From the NCBI GenBank assembly GCA_023544525.1, contig JAMJFU010000001.1:1259-65258 (forward strand): a stretch of 64,000 nucleotides of DNA. The letters are read 5' to 3'. The DNA is from Anaerolineae bacterium. GTDB taxonomy: Bacteria > Chloroflexota > Anaerolineae > JAAYZQ01. A program made the position numbers and the translations under genes. Positions 56,369 to 64,000 of the stretch are shown in pieces. Each line of letters opens with the position of its first letter. Position 1 is the stretch's first letter. The notes below the pieces were generated by a model. That model saw nothing but the letters and a program-made list of their open reading frames with translations. It did not search any database and was not told where the DNA came from.

Positions 56369-56596
56369 ATGTCAGTGATGAATACGACCAAGGCCCAGGT
56401 GAATTCCATCCCAATCGTGGTGGACGAGCTTTGCCAGGCCTGCCAGAAGTGCGTGGCCCGCGAAGTATGCCGCAGCAAGGCCATATTGCAGATTGACCGG
56501 GGCGAACCACCTTTCATCGACCCTAATCGCTGTTATGGCTGTCGAGCATGCATCCCGGCCTGTCCGTTCGGCGCTATCGTCCTTAACGGCAGCTAG
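56369..56596 (+). CDS. Small 4Fe-4S ferredoxin
   Basis: CQACQKCVAREVC and CYGCRACIPACP motifs; GAGGGGAG RBS. Confidence 0.65.
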   Translation: MSVMNTTKAQVNSIPIVVDELCQACQKCVAREVCRSKAILQIDRGEPPFIDPNRCYGCRACIPACPFGAIVLNGS

Positions 56597-56948
56597 GTTA
56601 TCGGATACTCCCTACCGGTAACCCTAGCGGCACAGCCAACCCCCCTCGTTCGGCGCTGCTGCACGGAGATACGGCCTCCTCGAGCCCCAATTCGGCAGTT
56701 CTGGGCCAATCTGCCAGGCATTCTGCCCTTGCCCGGCGCCAGGCACCCGAATAGGAAATGTGCTGATCACCCATTTTTCCTACTTGCCCAGATTGCACTT
56801 ATCAAGTACAATGTAGACAGGCATGATTTGTGCGTCCATCTTCACCCACCAGACACCGTCGGTTCGCGACGAAAGGCAACGCGCAACGACGTCCAGAGGC
56901 AATAGGACGCTTGCCCCCAACGCTGGAGCCAGTATTGGGGAGTGGAAT

Positions 56949-58073
56949 ATGACAACACAGACGCCCCAACGAACGATCTTGGTCGTAGACGACGAGACGA
57001 GCGTCCGTCAGATTGTGGCCTTCCTACTGGAAGAGCAGGACTACAAGGTGCTGCAAGCCAGCGACGGCCTGACGGCCCTTGCGCTCGTGGAACGGCAATC
57101 GCCAGACCTCATTATCTCAGACATCAGGATGCCTGGCATGGATGGCTTTGCCCTATGCGAGCGCGTCCGGGCCAACCCTGCCCTCGTCCAGACGCCGTTT
57201 GTTTTTCTCACCGCAAAAGAACAGAGGTCCGACATGCGGCGCGGCATGGGCCTCGGCGCTGACGACTACTTGACCAAGCCCTTCGAAGCGGAGGAGTTGC
57301 TGGCGGCGGTCAGTGTGCGCCTGGCACGAGCAGCCGAAACCCGCGCAGCCATAGATCGAGCAGACACCGATCTCCAGGACAAGATCATCCGCTCGCTGAC
57401 TCACGAGTTCCGGACCCCCCTCTCCCTGGTCATGGGCTACACAGAACTGCTGGAATCGAGCGGGCCCGAGCTGGATGAGGCCGAACTTACCAAGGTGCTT
57501 CAGGGGCTACACACCGGTTCCCGGCGGCTGATGGATCTCGTGGAAGACTTTTTGTTGCTGAGCAAAATACGGGCCGGCGTCATCGCCCGCGAGATAACCG
57601 CCAAGCCTGTCCAGAGCGCCAACCCCGACCTCGTCATCCAGATGGTCGTAGAGGAATTCCAAAAGCAGGCCGCAACCAGGAACGTCCTCCTGGAGGTCGA
57701 CTGCAGAAGCGAGGACCTTGGCCTGAACGTCCGCGAAGACCACCTGTTCGAGATCGCTGGCAGGCTCGTAGACAACGCCATCAAGTTCTCCAAGCGCAAT
57801 GGGGGGCACGTTAGGGTCACAACCAGCAGGCAAGATGACATATGGCTCCTGGCCGTCGCCGACGAGGGGATCGGCATCAACGAAAAGGCCCTGTCCTGGA
57901 TCTTTGAGGCATTTCGCCAGGTAGATCGTGGCAGGATCGAGCAACAAGGTTCCGGGATCGGGTTGACCATTGTCCGGGGACTGGTTGAGGCCTACGGGGG
58001 AACGGTGCGCGTCCAGAGCATCTCTGGGCAGGGCAGTACGTTCTATGTTTCGTTGCCGCTGGCTAGCAGCTGA
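56949..58073 (+). CDS. Hybrid response-regulator receiver / histidine kinase
   Basis: N-terminal receiver (ILVVDDETSV...LIISDIRMP), HisKA (LTHEFRTPL), HATPase_c (DEGIGI, GSGIGLTIV). Confidence 0.8.
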   Translation: MTTQTPQRTILVVDDETSVRQIVAFLLEEQDYKVLQASDGLTALALVERQSPDLIISDIRMPGMDGFALCERVRANPALVQTPFVFLTAKEQRSDMRRGMGLGADDYLTKPFEAEELLAAVSVRLARAAETRAAIDRADTDLQDKIIRSLTHEFRTPLSLVMGYTELLESSGPELDEAELTKVLQGLHTGSRRLMDLVEDFLLLSKIRAGVIAREITAKPVQSANPDLVIQMVVEEFQKQAATRNVLLEVDCRSEDLGLNVREDHLFEIAGRLVDNAIKFSKRNGGHVRVTTSRQDDIWLLAVADEGIGINEKALSWIFEAFRQVDRGRIEQQGSGIGLTIVRGLVEAYGGTVRVQSISGQGSTFYVSLPLASS

Positions 58074-58292
58074 TATCTATGTCGTGACCATGGCCTCGAA
58101 GCTGCACCGCCGCTTGCAGAGCGACGCCACACACTCCACCAGGGACGTCTCCAGGGCCACTTCTGCTTTTCTTTTTGGTTTGCCTTTTGCAGCAAAAGGC
58201 GGTATAATGGGCTGGGCACGGATGTCGGATTGTGGCCATCAAATTCCGTGTCCACGGCCCAAATCATGATACAAAGGGGAGATGCCGTCTTC

Positions 58293-59540
58293 ATGGAGGA
58301 GAGACAGATCAAGGATTTGCAGGTCAGGGAGGAAGGAGGAAGCGAGCAGGAGGCCGAAGAAAACCCGATGCATGCCCTGATGGAAGAAGCGCTCAGCTTC
58401 CGCCAGATCAAATCGGGTGACACTGTCGAGGGCGAGATCGTGAGCGTGTCTCCGACCGAGGTTCTCGTGGATGTCGGCGCCAAATCGGAAGGACTGATCC
58501 CCAGCAAGGAGCTCGAGCGCCTGGGCCGAGAAGGTCTAGAGGGCCTGCAAGAAGGCGACACCGTGTTGGTGTATGTAGTCCGAGCCGAGGACCGGGAAGG
58601 AAACTTGATCCTCTCGATCCGCCGGGCCGAAGAGGAACGGGACTGGCGCCTGGCTCAGGAGCGCTTTGAGGCAGGTGAGAACTTTGAGAGTCAGGTGGCC
58701 GGGTTCAATAAGGGCGGCCTGATCGTCCGGCTGGGTAGACTGCGGGGCTTTGTTCCAGCCTCTCAGCTTGCCTCCAGGCACCGTGGCAGCGACAAGCAAG
58801 AGCCTGAGGAGCGCTGGGCGCGCTTGGTCGGTGAGACCATCAATGTCAAAGTCATCGAACTGAATCGCCGGCGAAAGCGCCTGATCCTGTCAGAGCGCGC
58901 GGCCCAGCGGCAGCACCGCGAAGAGCGGAGGGCTGAACTGCTGGAGGATCTGCGTCCCGGCGAGGTACGGACCGGGGTCGTTAGCAGCCTGGCCGACTTT
59001 GGCGCGTTCGTCGATCTGGGCGGGGCAGACGGCCTGATCCACCTATCTGAGCTGTCTTGGAACCGCGCTGCCAAACCAGAGGACGTAGTGGACGTTGGAC
59101 AGAAGGTCGAAGTGTACGTCCTGAATGTCGATCAGGAGAGGAAGCGGATTGCGCTGAGCCTCAAGCGCCTGGAGCCCGAGCCTTGGGCCACCGTGGAGAG
59201 CCGGTACTATGTCGGCCAGTTGACGGAAGGCATCATCACTCGCTTGACCAACTTTGGTGCGTTCGCGCTCATAAATGACGAGATTGAGGGTCTACTCCAC
59301 ATCTCCGAGCTAAGCAGTGGCCGGATCAACCATCCGCAGGATGTGGTTCGAGAAGGCGAGAAGCATGTAATGCGTATTATCCGGATCGACGCCAAGCGGC
59401 GCCGTATGGGCCTGAGCCTCAAGCGCGTAGCCGATCCCGAATATGCTGACCTGGATTGGCAGACAGAGCTCGCAGAGGCAGAGACCTCCACGGAATTCGA
59501 GGAGTCGGAAGAAGGACAACCTTACGACGAAGAGATTTAG
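58293..59540 (+). CDS. rpsA: 30S ribosomal protein S1 (four S1 domains)
   Basis: Repeated S1 OB-fold motifs (G..V.G.V..V...G.FV.LG.G..G..H.SE). Confidence 0.85.
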   Translation: MEERQIKDLQVREEGGSEQEAEENPMHALMEEALSFRQIKSGDTVEGEIVSVSPTEVLVDVGAKSEGLIPSKELERLGREGLEGLQEGDTVLVYVVRAEDREGNLILSIRRAEEERDWRLAQERFEAGENFESQVAGFNKGGLIVRLGRLRGFVPASQLASRHRGSDKQEPEERWARLVGETINVKVIELNRRRKRLILSERAAQRQHREERRAELLEDLRPGEVRTGVVSSLADFGAFVDLGGADGLIHLSELSWNRAAKPEDVVDVGQKVEVYVLNVDQERKRIALSLKRLEPEPWATVESRYYVGQLTEGIITRLTNFGAFALINDEIEGLLHISELSSGRINHPQDVVREGEKHVMRIIRIDAKRRRMGLSLKRVADPEYADLDWQTELAEAETSTEFEESEEGQPYDEEI

Positions 59541-59855
59541 GGTTGGCCGATCTGCCTCCCGGCGGCAGCCAGCGCTTCCGGGAGAGCTGAGCAGGTCGTC
59601 CGACCCCGCTCGCCCTAGGCTCCTCGCGACCGCAGGCAGTGATTATTGCACGGTTGACGGCTGCCCGGGCCTGGTACCTGAAGGCTCCGGTGGCTGGCAG
59701 CAAGGGGCGAAACAAGGGCTATAGTCGGCTGTTTGGGACAAGGCCTCGCCCCTACCAGGCGAGGCCTTATGTGTGTGACTCGGATTACCCATTTCTGATG
59801 GCCGTTGGTGTATAATTCAGTGGGAGAAGGATAGTATTGTTGAAAGGATGAGAAT

Positions 59856-62357
59856 GTGGCTGATAATCTTGATCGCTTCACCAAACGAGCCCGGCGAGTA
59901 CTGACTACGGCCGGCGAAGAGGCCCGTCGCCTGAACCACCGATTCATCGGAACCGAGCATATTCTGTTGGGACTGGTGGCCGAAGAAGGTGGTGTGGCCA
60001 TGCGCGTGCTGGAGGAGCTGGATATCTCCGCTGAGCAAGTGCGCAAGACAGTCGAGCGAACAGTAGGCCGGGGAACTCGCCCAACCTTCACCACACCGAC
60101 CCTGACTCCCCGCACCAAGCGGGTCATCGAGCTGGCAGTAGACGAAGCCCGCCGACTTGGACACCACTATATCGGCACCGAACACCTACTTCTAGGCCTC
60201 ATCCGAGAAGGGGAAGGCGTGGCGGTTGACGTCCTGCGCCGTCTCGGAGCGCCACCCGAAGCTATTCGCGAGCAGACCATGCAGCTGCTCAAGGAAACGT
60301 CTACGGCTGCCGGGCAGGGCCGGCGGGCCTCTGAGACACCGACGGTGGATCAGCTGGGCACCGACCTGACGGCACTGGCTGGAGACGGCAAACTGGACCC
60401 GGTCATAGGCCGGCAGACCGAGATCGAGCGGGTGATCCAGATCCTCGCTCGCCGCACCAAGAACAACCCGGCTCTGATCGGAGACCCAGGTGTTGGGAAG
60501 ACGGCCATCGTCGAGGGCCTGGCCCAGCGGATCATACTTGGCGATGTGCCCGAGCCCCTGCTCGACAAGCGCGTATTACAGTTGGACATTGGCAGCCTGG
60601 TCGCCGGCACCATCTATCGCGGCCAGTTTGAGGAACGCCTGAAAAAGGTCATCGAAGAGCTGAAAGGCTCCGAAAGTATCCTATTCATCGACGAGCTGCA
60701 CATGCTCGTGGGCGCGGGGTCAGCAGGCAGTTCCGTGGATGCCGCCAACATCCTCAAGCCCGCTCTGTCCCGAGGCCAGTTGCAGTGCATCGGCGCTACC
60801 ACGCTGGACGAGTACCGCCGCTACATCGAGGGAGATGCCGCCTTGGAGCGGCGCTTCCAGCCGGTATTCGTGGACGAGCCGTCCGTGGGAGAGACCATCG
60901 AGATCTTGCGCGGGGTGAAGGGCCTGTACGAGCAGCACCACAAGCTACCCATCACCGATGAGGCACTCGAGGCAGCAGCCAACCTGTCGGCCCGGTACAT
61001 CACCGACCGCTACCTGCCTGACAAGGCCATCGACGTGGTCGACGAGGCGGCATCCCGTGTGCGCATGTACAAGATGCCCGAGTCCTCGACACTGAAACAG
61101 ACCTTCTCCGAGATCAAGTCGGTACAACGTGAGAAGGACGAAGCCATCGATGCGCAGCAGTGGGCTGAAGCTACCGCGCTCCGCGATCGCGAGCGCGAGC
61201 TGAAGACGCAGTTAGAGCAGTTGCGCGTCGGTTGGGATCCGAGTTCCTCTGATGTCGCCGTAACCGCTAACGACATCGCCGAGATCGTGTCGATGTGGAC
61301 CGGGGTGCCACTCATGCAACTGGAGAGCGAGGAATCAAAGCGGCTCCTGCGCATGGAAGAAGGCTTGCACAAGCGGATCGTAGGCCAGGACGAGGCCGTC
61401 AGTGCGCTGGCTCGCGCGGTTCGCCGTGCCCGGGCTGGTCTCAAGGACCCCCATCGGCCCATCAGCTCCCTGCTATTCCTTGGACCTACCGGGGTGGGCA
61501 AGACCGAGCTGGCCAAAGCGCTAGCCGAGTTTATGTTTGGCAGCGAGGACGCCCTGCTGCAGCTCGACATGTCCGAGTTCATGGAACGCCATACAGTCTC
61601 GCGGCTGGTAGGCGCACCTCCTGGTTATGTCGGCTACGAGGACGCCGGTCAGCTGACAGAGACTGTCCGTCGCCGGCCCTTCACCGTCGTCTGTTTTGAC
61701 GAAGTGGAGAAAGCGCATCCGGAAGCGGCCAACATGCTCCTTCAGATCATGGAGGACGGCCAGCTGTCGGACGCAAAGGGCCGCAAGGTGGACTTTCGAA
61801 ATACGATTATCCTGATGACCTCGAACGTAGGCGCCGAGGTTATCGGTCGCTCGACCAAGCTTGGTTTTGCCGCAGCTCGCGATACCCAAACAAGCGAGGA
61901 CGACGCCTACAACGAGATGAAGGACAAGGTCCTCACCGAACTCAAGCGCCGCTTCCGGCCCGAGTTCATCAACCGGCTGGACGGCATCATGGTCTTTCAC
62001 GCGCTCAGCGAGGAACAGATCGAAGAGATCGTCGACCTGGAAGTCGACAAGGTCCGGCACCGGCTGGAGGAGCACCACCTCGACCTGCGCCTGACAGAAG
62101 AAGCACGCAAGTACCTGGCCGACAAGGGTTACGATCGAAACCTTGGTGCCCGTCCTTTGCGCCGTGTCATCCAGAGCGAAGTGGAGGATGCACTCTCGGA
62201 GCACCTGCTGGGCGGCGAGTTTGAGGAGGGCGACGTTGTCACGATCCACATGGAGGATGGTCAGATCGCCTTCAGTGTAGAGGAGGGCCAGGACGAAGAG
62301 CCTGCCACCGAAATGGGCAACGGCGAAGCGCCGATGCTGGAAAGTGTGGCCAGCTAG
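59856..62357 (+). CDS. clpC: ATP-dependent Clp protease ATP-binding subunit ClpC (GTG start)
   Basis: Two Clp_N repeats, two AAA+ modules ([18 protein letters not shown]), UVR-like linker, ClpB_D2-small. Confidence 0.9.
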   Translation: MADNLDRFTKRARRVLTTAGEEARRLNHRFIGTEHILLGLVAEEGGVAMRVLEELDISAEQVRKTVERTVGRGTRPTFTTPTLTPRTKRVIELAVDEARRLGHHYIGTEHLLLGLIREGEGVAVDVLRRLGAPPEAIREQTMQLLKETSTAAGQGRRASETPTVDQLGTDLTALAGDGKLDPVIGRQTEIERVIQILARRTKNNPALIGDPGVGKTAIVEGLAQRIILGDVPEPLLDKRVLQLDIGSLVAGTIYRGQFEERLKKVIEELKGSESILFIDELHMLVGAGSAGSSVDAANILKPALSRGQLQCIGATTLDEYRRYIEGDAALERRFQPVFVDEPSVGETIEILRGVKGLYEQHHKLPITDEALEAAANLSARYITDRYLPDKAIDVVDEAASRVRMYKMPESSTLKQTFSEIKSVQREKDEAIDAQQWAEATALRDRERELKTQLEQLRVGWDPSSSDVAVTANDIAEIVSMWTGVPLMQLESEESKRLLRMEEGLHKRIVGQDEAVSALARAVRRARAGLKDPHRPISSLLFLGPTGVGKTELAKALAEFMFGSEDALLQLDMSEFMERHTVSRLVGAPPGYVGYEDAGQLTETVRRRPFTVVCFDEVEKAHPEAANMLLQIMEDGQLSDAKGRKVDFRNTIILMTSNVGAEVIGRSTKLGFAAARDTQTSEDDAYNEMKDKVLTELKRRFRPEFINRLDGIMVFHALSEEQIEEIVDLEVDKVRHRLEEHHLDLRLTEEARKYLADKGYDRNLGARPLRRVIQSEVEDALSEHLLGGEFEEGDVVTIHMEDGQIAFSVEEGQDEEPATEMGNGEAPMLESVAS

Positions 62358-62406
62358 ATCCTCCAGCAGGTCTGTAGCGAAGCGAGGCTACAATAGTCGC
62401 GGATTA

Positions 62407-62441
62407 AAAGATCGGTTTCTGATGATAGGAACCGATCTTTT
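62407..62441 (+). terminator. Rho-independent terminator after clpC
   Basis: AAAGATCGGTT-N12-AACCGATCTTT + TTCC. Confidence 0.6.
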
Positions 62442-62467
62442 CCTTATAGGAGATCGGATCGAGGCAT

Positions 62468-63856
62468 ATGGCCAAGAAAAAAGTGCGCTACGTCTGCCAG
62501 TCCTGTGGAGCCACGATGCTGAAATGGTCAGGCCAGTGCAAGGACTGTGGCGAATGGAACACCCTCGTGGAGACGGTCGTGGAGGAGCGCAAGAGCTCCG
62601 GGGCGGCCCACACGTGGACGCCACTAAGCGAGCCACAGCCGTTACCTGATATCCAGGCAGATCAGTTTCGGCGGCTGCCCGTCAGCAGTGATGAGCTGGC
62701 CCGGGTATTGGGGGGCGGCATCGTGCCGGGCTCTGTGGTCCTTGTTGGGGGCGACCCAGGCATCGGCAAGTCAACACTTCTGCTGCAGGCCTCGGCCCAG
62801 CTGTCTGAAGAGACTGCACCGGTGCTTTACGTATCCGGCGAAGAGTCCGTAAACCAGATCAAGATGCGTGCCGACCGCCTGGGCCTGCAACAGCCCGGGC
62901 TCTATGTCGTATCAGAGGTTATCCTGGATCAGATCTTGGCCCACGTCGAGGGCCTCAAGCCGAGCCTGGTCGTGGTGGATTCTATCCAGGCCATCTCCTC
63001 GGACGAGCTCGAGTCGGCCGCAGGGACGGTTAGCCAGGTGAAGGCCTGTGCTACCGCCCTTCTCCGGATGGCAAAGACCGACGGAGTGCCGATCTTTCTC
63101 GTGGGCCACGTTACCAAGGCGGGTGCCATCGCCGGCCCCAGGGTGTTGGAGCACATCGTAGACGCCGTGCTCTACATGGAGGGCGATCGCTTCCATTCTT
63201 ACAGGCTCCTGCGCAGTGTCAAGAACCGCTTCGGTTCTACCCACGAGGTGGGGGTCTTTGAGATGACCGAACAAGGCATGGTAGAAGTGGCCAACCCGTC
63301 GGAGGCCTTTTTGGCAGAGCGTCTGCTCAACACGGCTGGCTCGGCCATCGCTGTGACCATGGAGGGCACGCGGCCCCTTTTGGTCGAGGTCCAGGCCCTG
63401 GCCAGCACTACCAGCTTTGGCCTGCCACGGCGGACGGCCAACGGTATCGACTTCAACCGGCTGCTGCTGTTGGTTGCCGTCCTTTCCAAGCGGGTAGGCT
63501 TGCGTCTGTTCGACCAGGATGTCTTTATCAACGTCGTCGGCGGCCTACGCGTCAATGAACCTGCCGCCGACCTGGCCGTGGCCCTGGCCGTCGCATCCAG
63601 CTTCCGCAACATATCTTTGCCCCCTGACCTGGCGGTCATCGGGGAGGTCGGCCTCTCCGGTGAGGTACGGGCGGTGAGCCATCTGTCGCGGCGGCTCAAC
63701 GAGGCCGCCAAACTGGGCTTCAGCCGCTGCATTGTGCCTGCCACACGTCGCCAGGCTGGTGACCTGCCGCCGGGCATGGAGGTAATCCCAGCACGTTCCC
63801 TCGGCGACGCATTGGCGGCGGCGCTGAGCCAGCCCGCTCAAACGGAGACACGTTGA
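62468..63856 (+). CDS. radA: DNA repair protein RadA/Sms
   Basis: N-terminal C4 zinc finger (CQSCGA...CKDCGEW), RecA-like Walker A GDPGIGKST, KNRFG motif, Lon-like C-terminus. Confidence 0.9.
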   Translation: MAKKKVRYVCQSCGATMLKWSGQCKDCGEWNTLVETVVEERKSSGAAHTWTPLSEPQPLPDIQADQFRRLPVSSDELARVLGGGIVPGSVVLVGGDPGIGKSTLLLQASAQLSEETAPVLYVSGEESVNQIKMRADRLGLQQPGLYVVSEVILDQILAHVEGLKPSLVVVDSIQAISSDELESAAGTVSQVKACATALLRMAKTDGVPIFLVGHVTKAGAIAGPRVLEHIVDAVLYMEGDRFHSYRLLRSVKNRFGSTHEVGVFEMTEQGMVEVANPSEAFLAERLLNTAGSAIAVTMEGTRPLLVEVQALASTTSFGLPRRTANGIDFNRLLLLVAVLSKRVGLRLFDQDVFINVVGGLRVNEPAADLAVALAVASSFRNISLPPDLAVIGEVGLSGEVRAVSHLSRRLNEAAKLGFSRCIVPATRRQAGDLPPGMEVIPARSLGDALAAALSQPAQTETR

Positions 63857-64000
63857 CTTTTGCGGGGGATTGTGCTAATATGTGATCGTTCTTATGAATC
63901 GTTGATCCTTTCTCGGTATCTTGCATGCGGTCGCTTGCGGCCGCGCAACCAGGCCCGTGGCAAGGAGGACCTATGTAATCCTGACAGCCCAGCCCGGAAA

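Noticed and set aside
1-64000. CRISPR arrays, rRNA genes, transposases/integrases
   Set aside because: No short direct repeats with regular spacers, no rRNA-like conserved segments and no transposase/integrase motifs were seen in any frame.

Overview
High-GC (~65%) bacterial chromosomal window; the gene content and ClpC-RadA synteny suggest a Chloroflexi-like organism, but this is inference only. About 50 protein genes are callable from the ORF track plus recognisable motifs.

Block 1 (2-24600): anaerobic redox metabolism.
- hypF-hypD-hypE hydrogenase-maturation genes (hypF is 5'-truncated by the window edge).
- A 9-gene plus-strand cluster: atypical CheY-like receiver, HdrC/B-fusion (CCG-domain) protein, giant HdrA-like flavoprotein with an inserted GltD/NfnB-like NAD(P)H module (HdrL-type), rubrerythrin-like protein, MvhD/FlxD, two HydB/AsrA-like Fe-S proteins (FlxB/C-like), a HydG/AsrB-like FAD/NAD protein (FlxA-like, GTG start) and a cNMP-binding protein.
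- A convergent histidine-kinase/receiver pair.
- A NAD(P)-linked formate dehydrogenase module: NuoE-like, HndB-like, NuoF-GltD fusion, and FdhA. FdhA contains an in-frame TGA (selenocysteine) that the ORF track splits into two ORFs, followed by an fdhF-like SECIS hairpin. Two more rubrerythrin-like genes follow.

Block 2 (24700-64000): mixed housekeeping and accessory genes.
- Clostripain(C11)-like membrane-anchored peptidase, mscL, pepA (M17), family-4 UDG, OsmC, a DUF123(GIY-YIG-like)-HEAT-repeat fusion, and a REC-GAF regulator.
- Two structured ~66-nt repeats.
- Enolase-superfamily epimerase, rtcA, aldo-keto reductase, an 848-aa HerA/FtsK-like ATPase, and hisS with a leader terminator.
- A class-A PBP (PBP1C-like) immediately followed by a 2026-aa alpha-2-macroglobulin lipoprotein.
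- A monocistronic Flp pilin gene, a C-N hydrolase, and rnpB-tRNA-Leu(TAG)-tRNA-Ala(TGC).
- Four hypothetical genes including tandem paralogous small membrane proteins, acyl-CoA dehydrogenase, ferredoxin, a hybrid REC-histidine kinase, rpsA, clpC and radA.

No CRISPR array, rRNA or obvious transposase was seen.

Most noteworthy: (i) the Hdr-Flx-rubrerythrin cluster with the HdrA-GltD fusion sitting beside a Sec-containing Fdh module that carries the same GltD-like module; (ii) the selenocysteine recoding site; (iii) the DUF123-HEAT fusion; (iv) the lone large HerA-like ATPase; (v) the structured tandem repeats; (vi) a promoter/terminator-bounded small transcript between hisS and the HerA-like gene.
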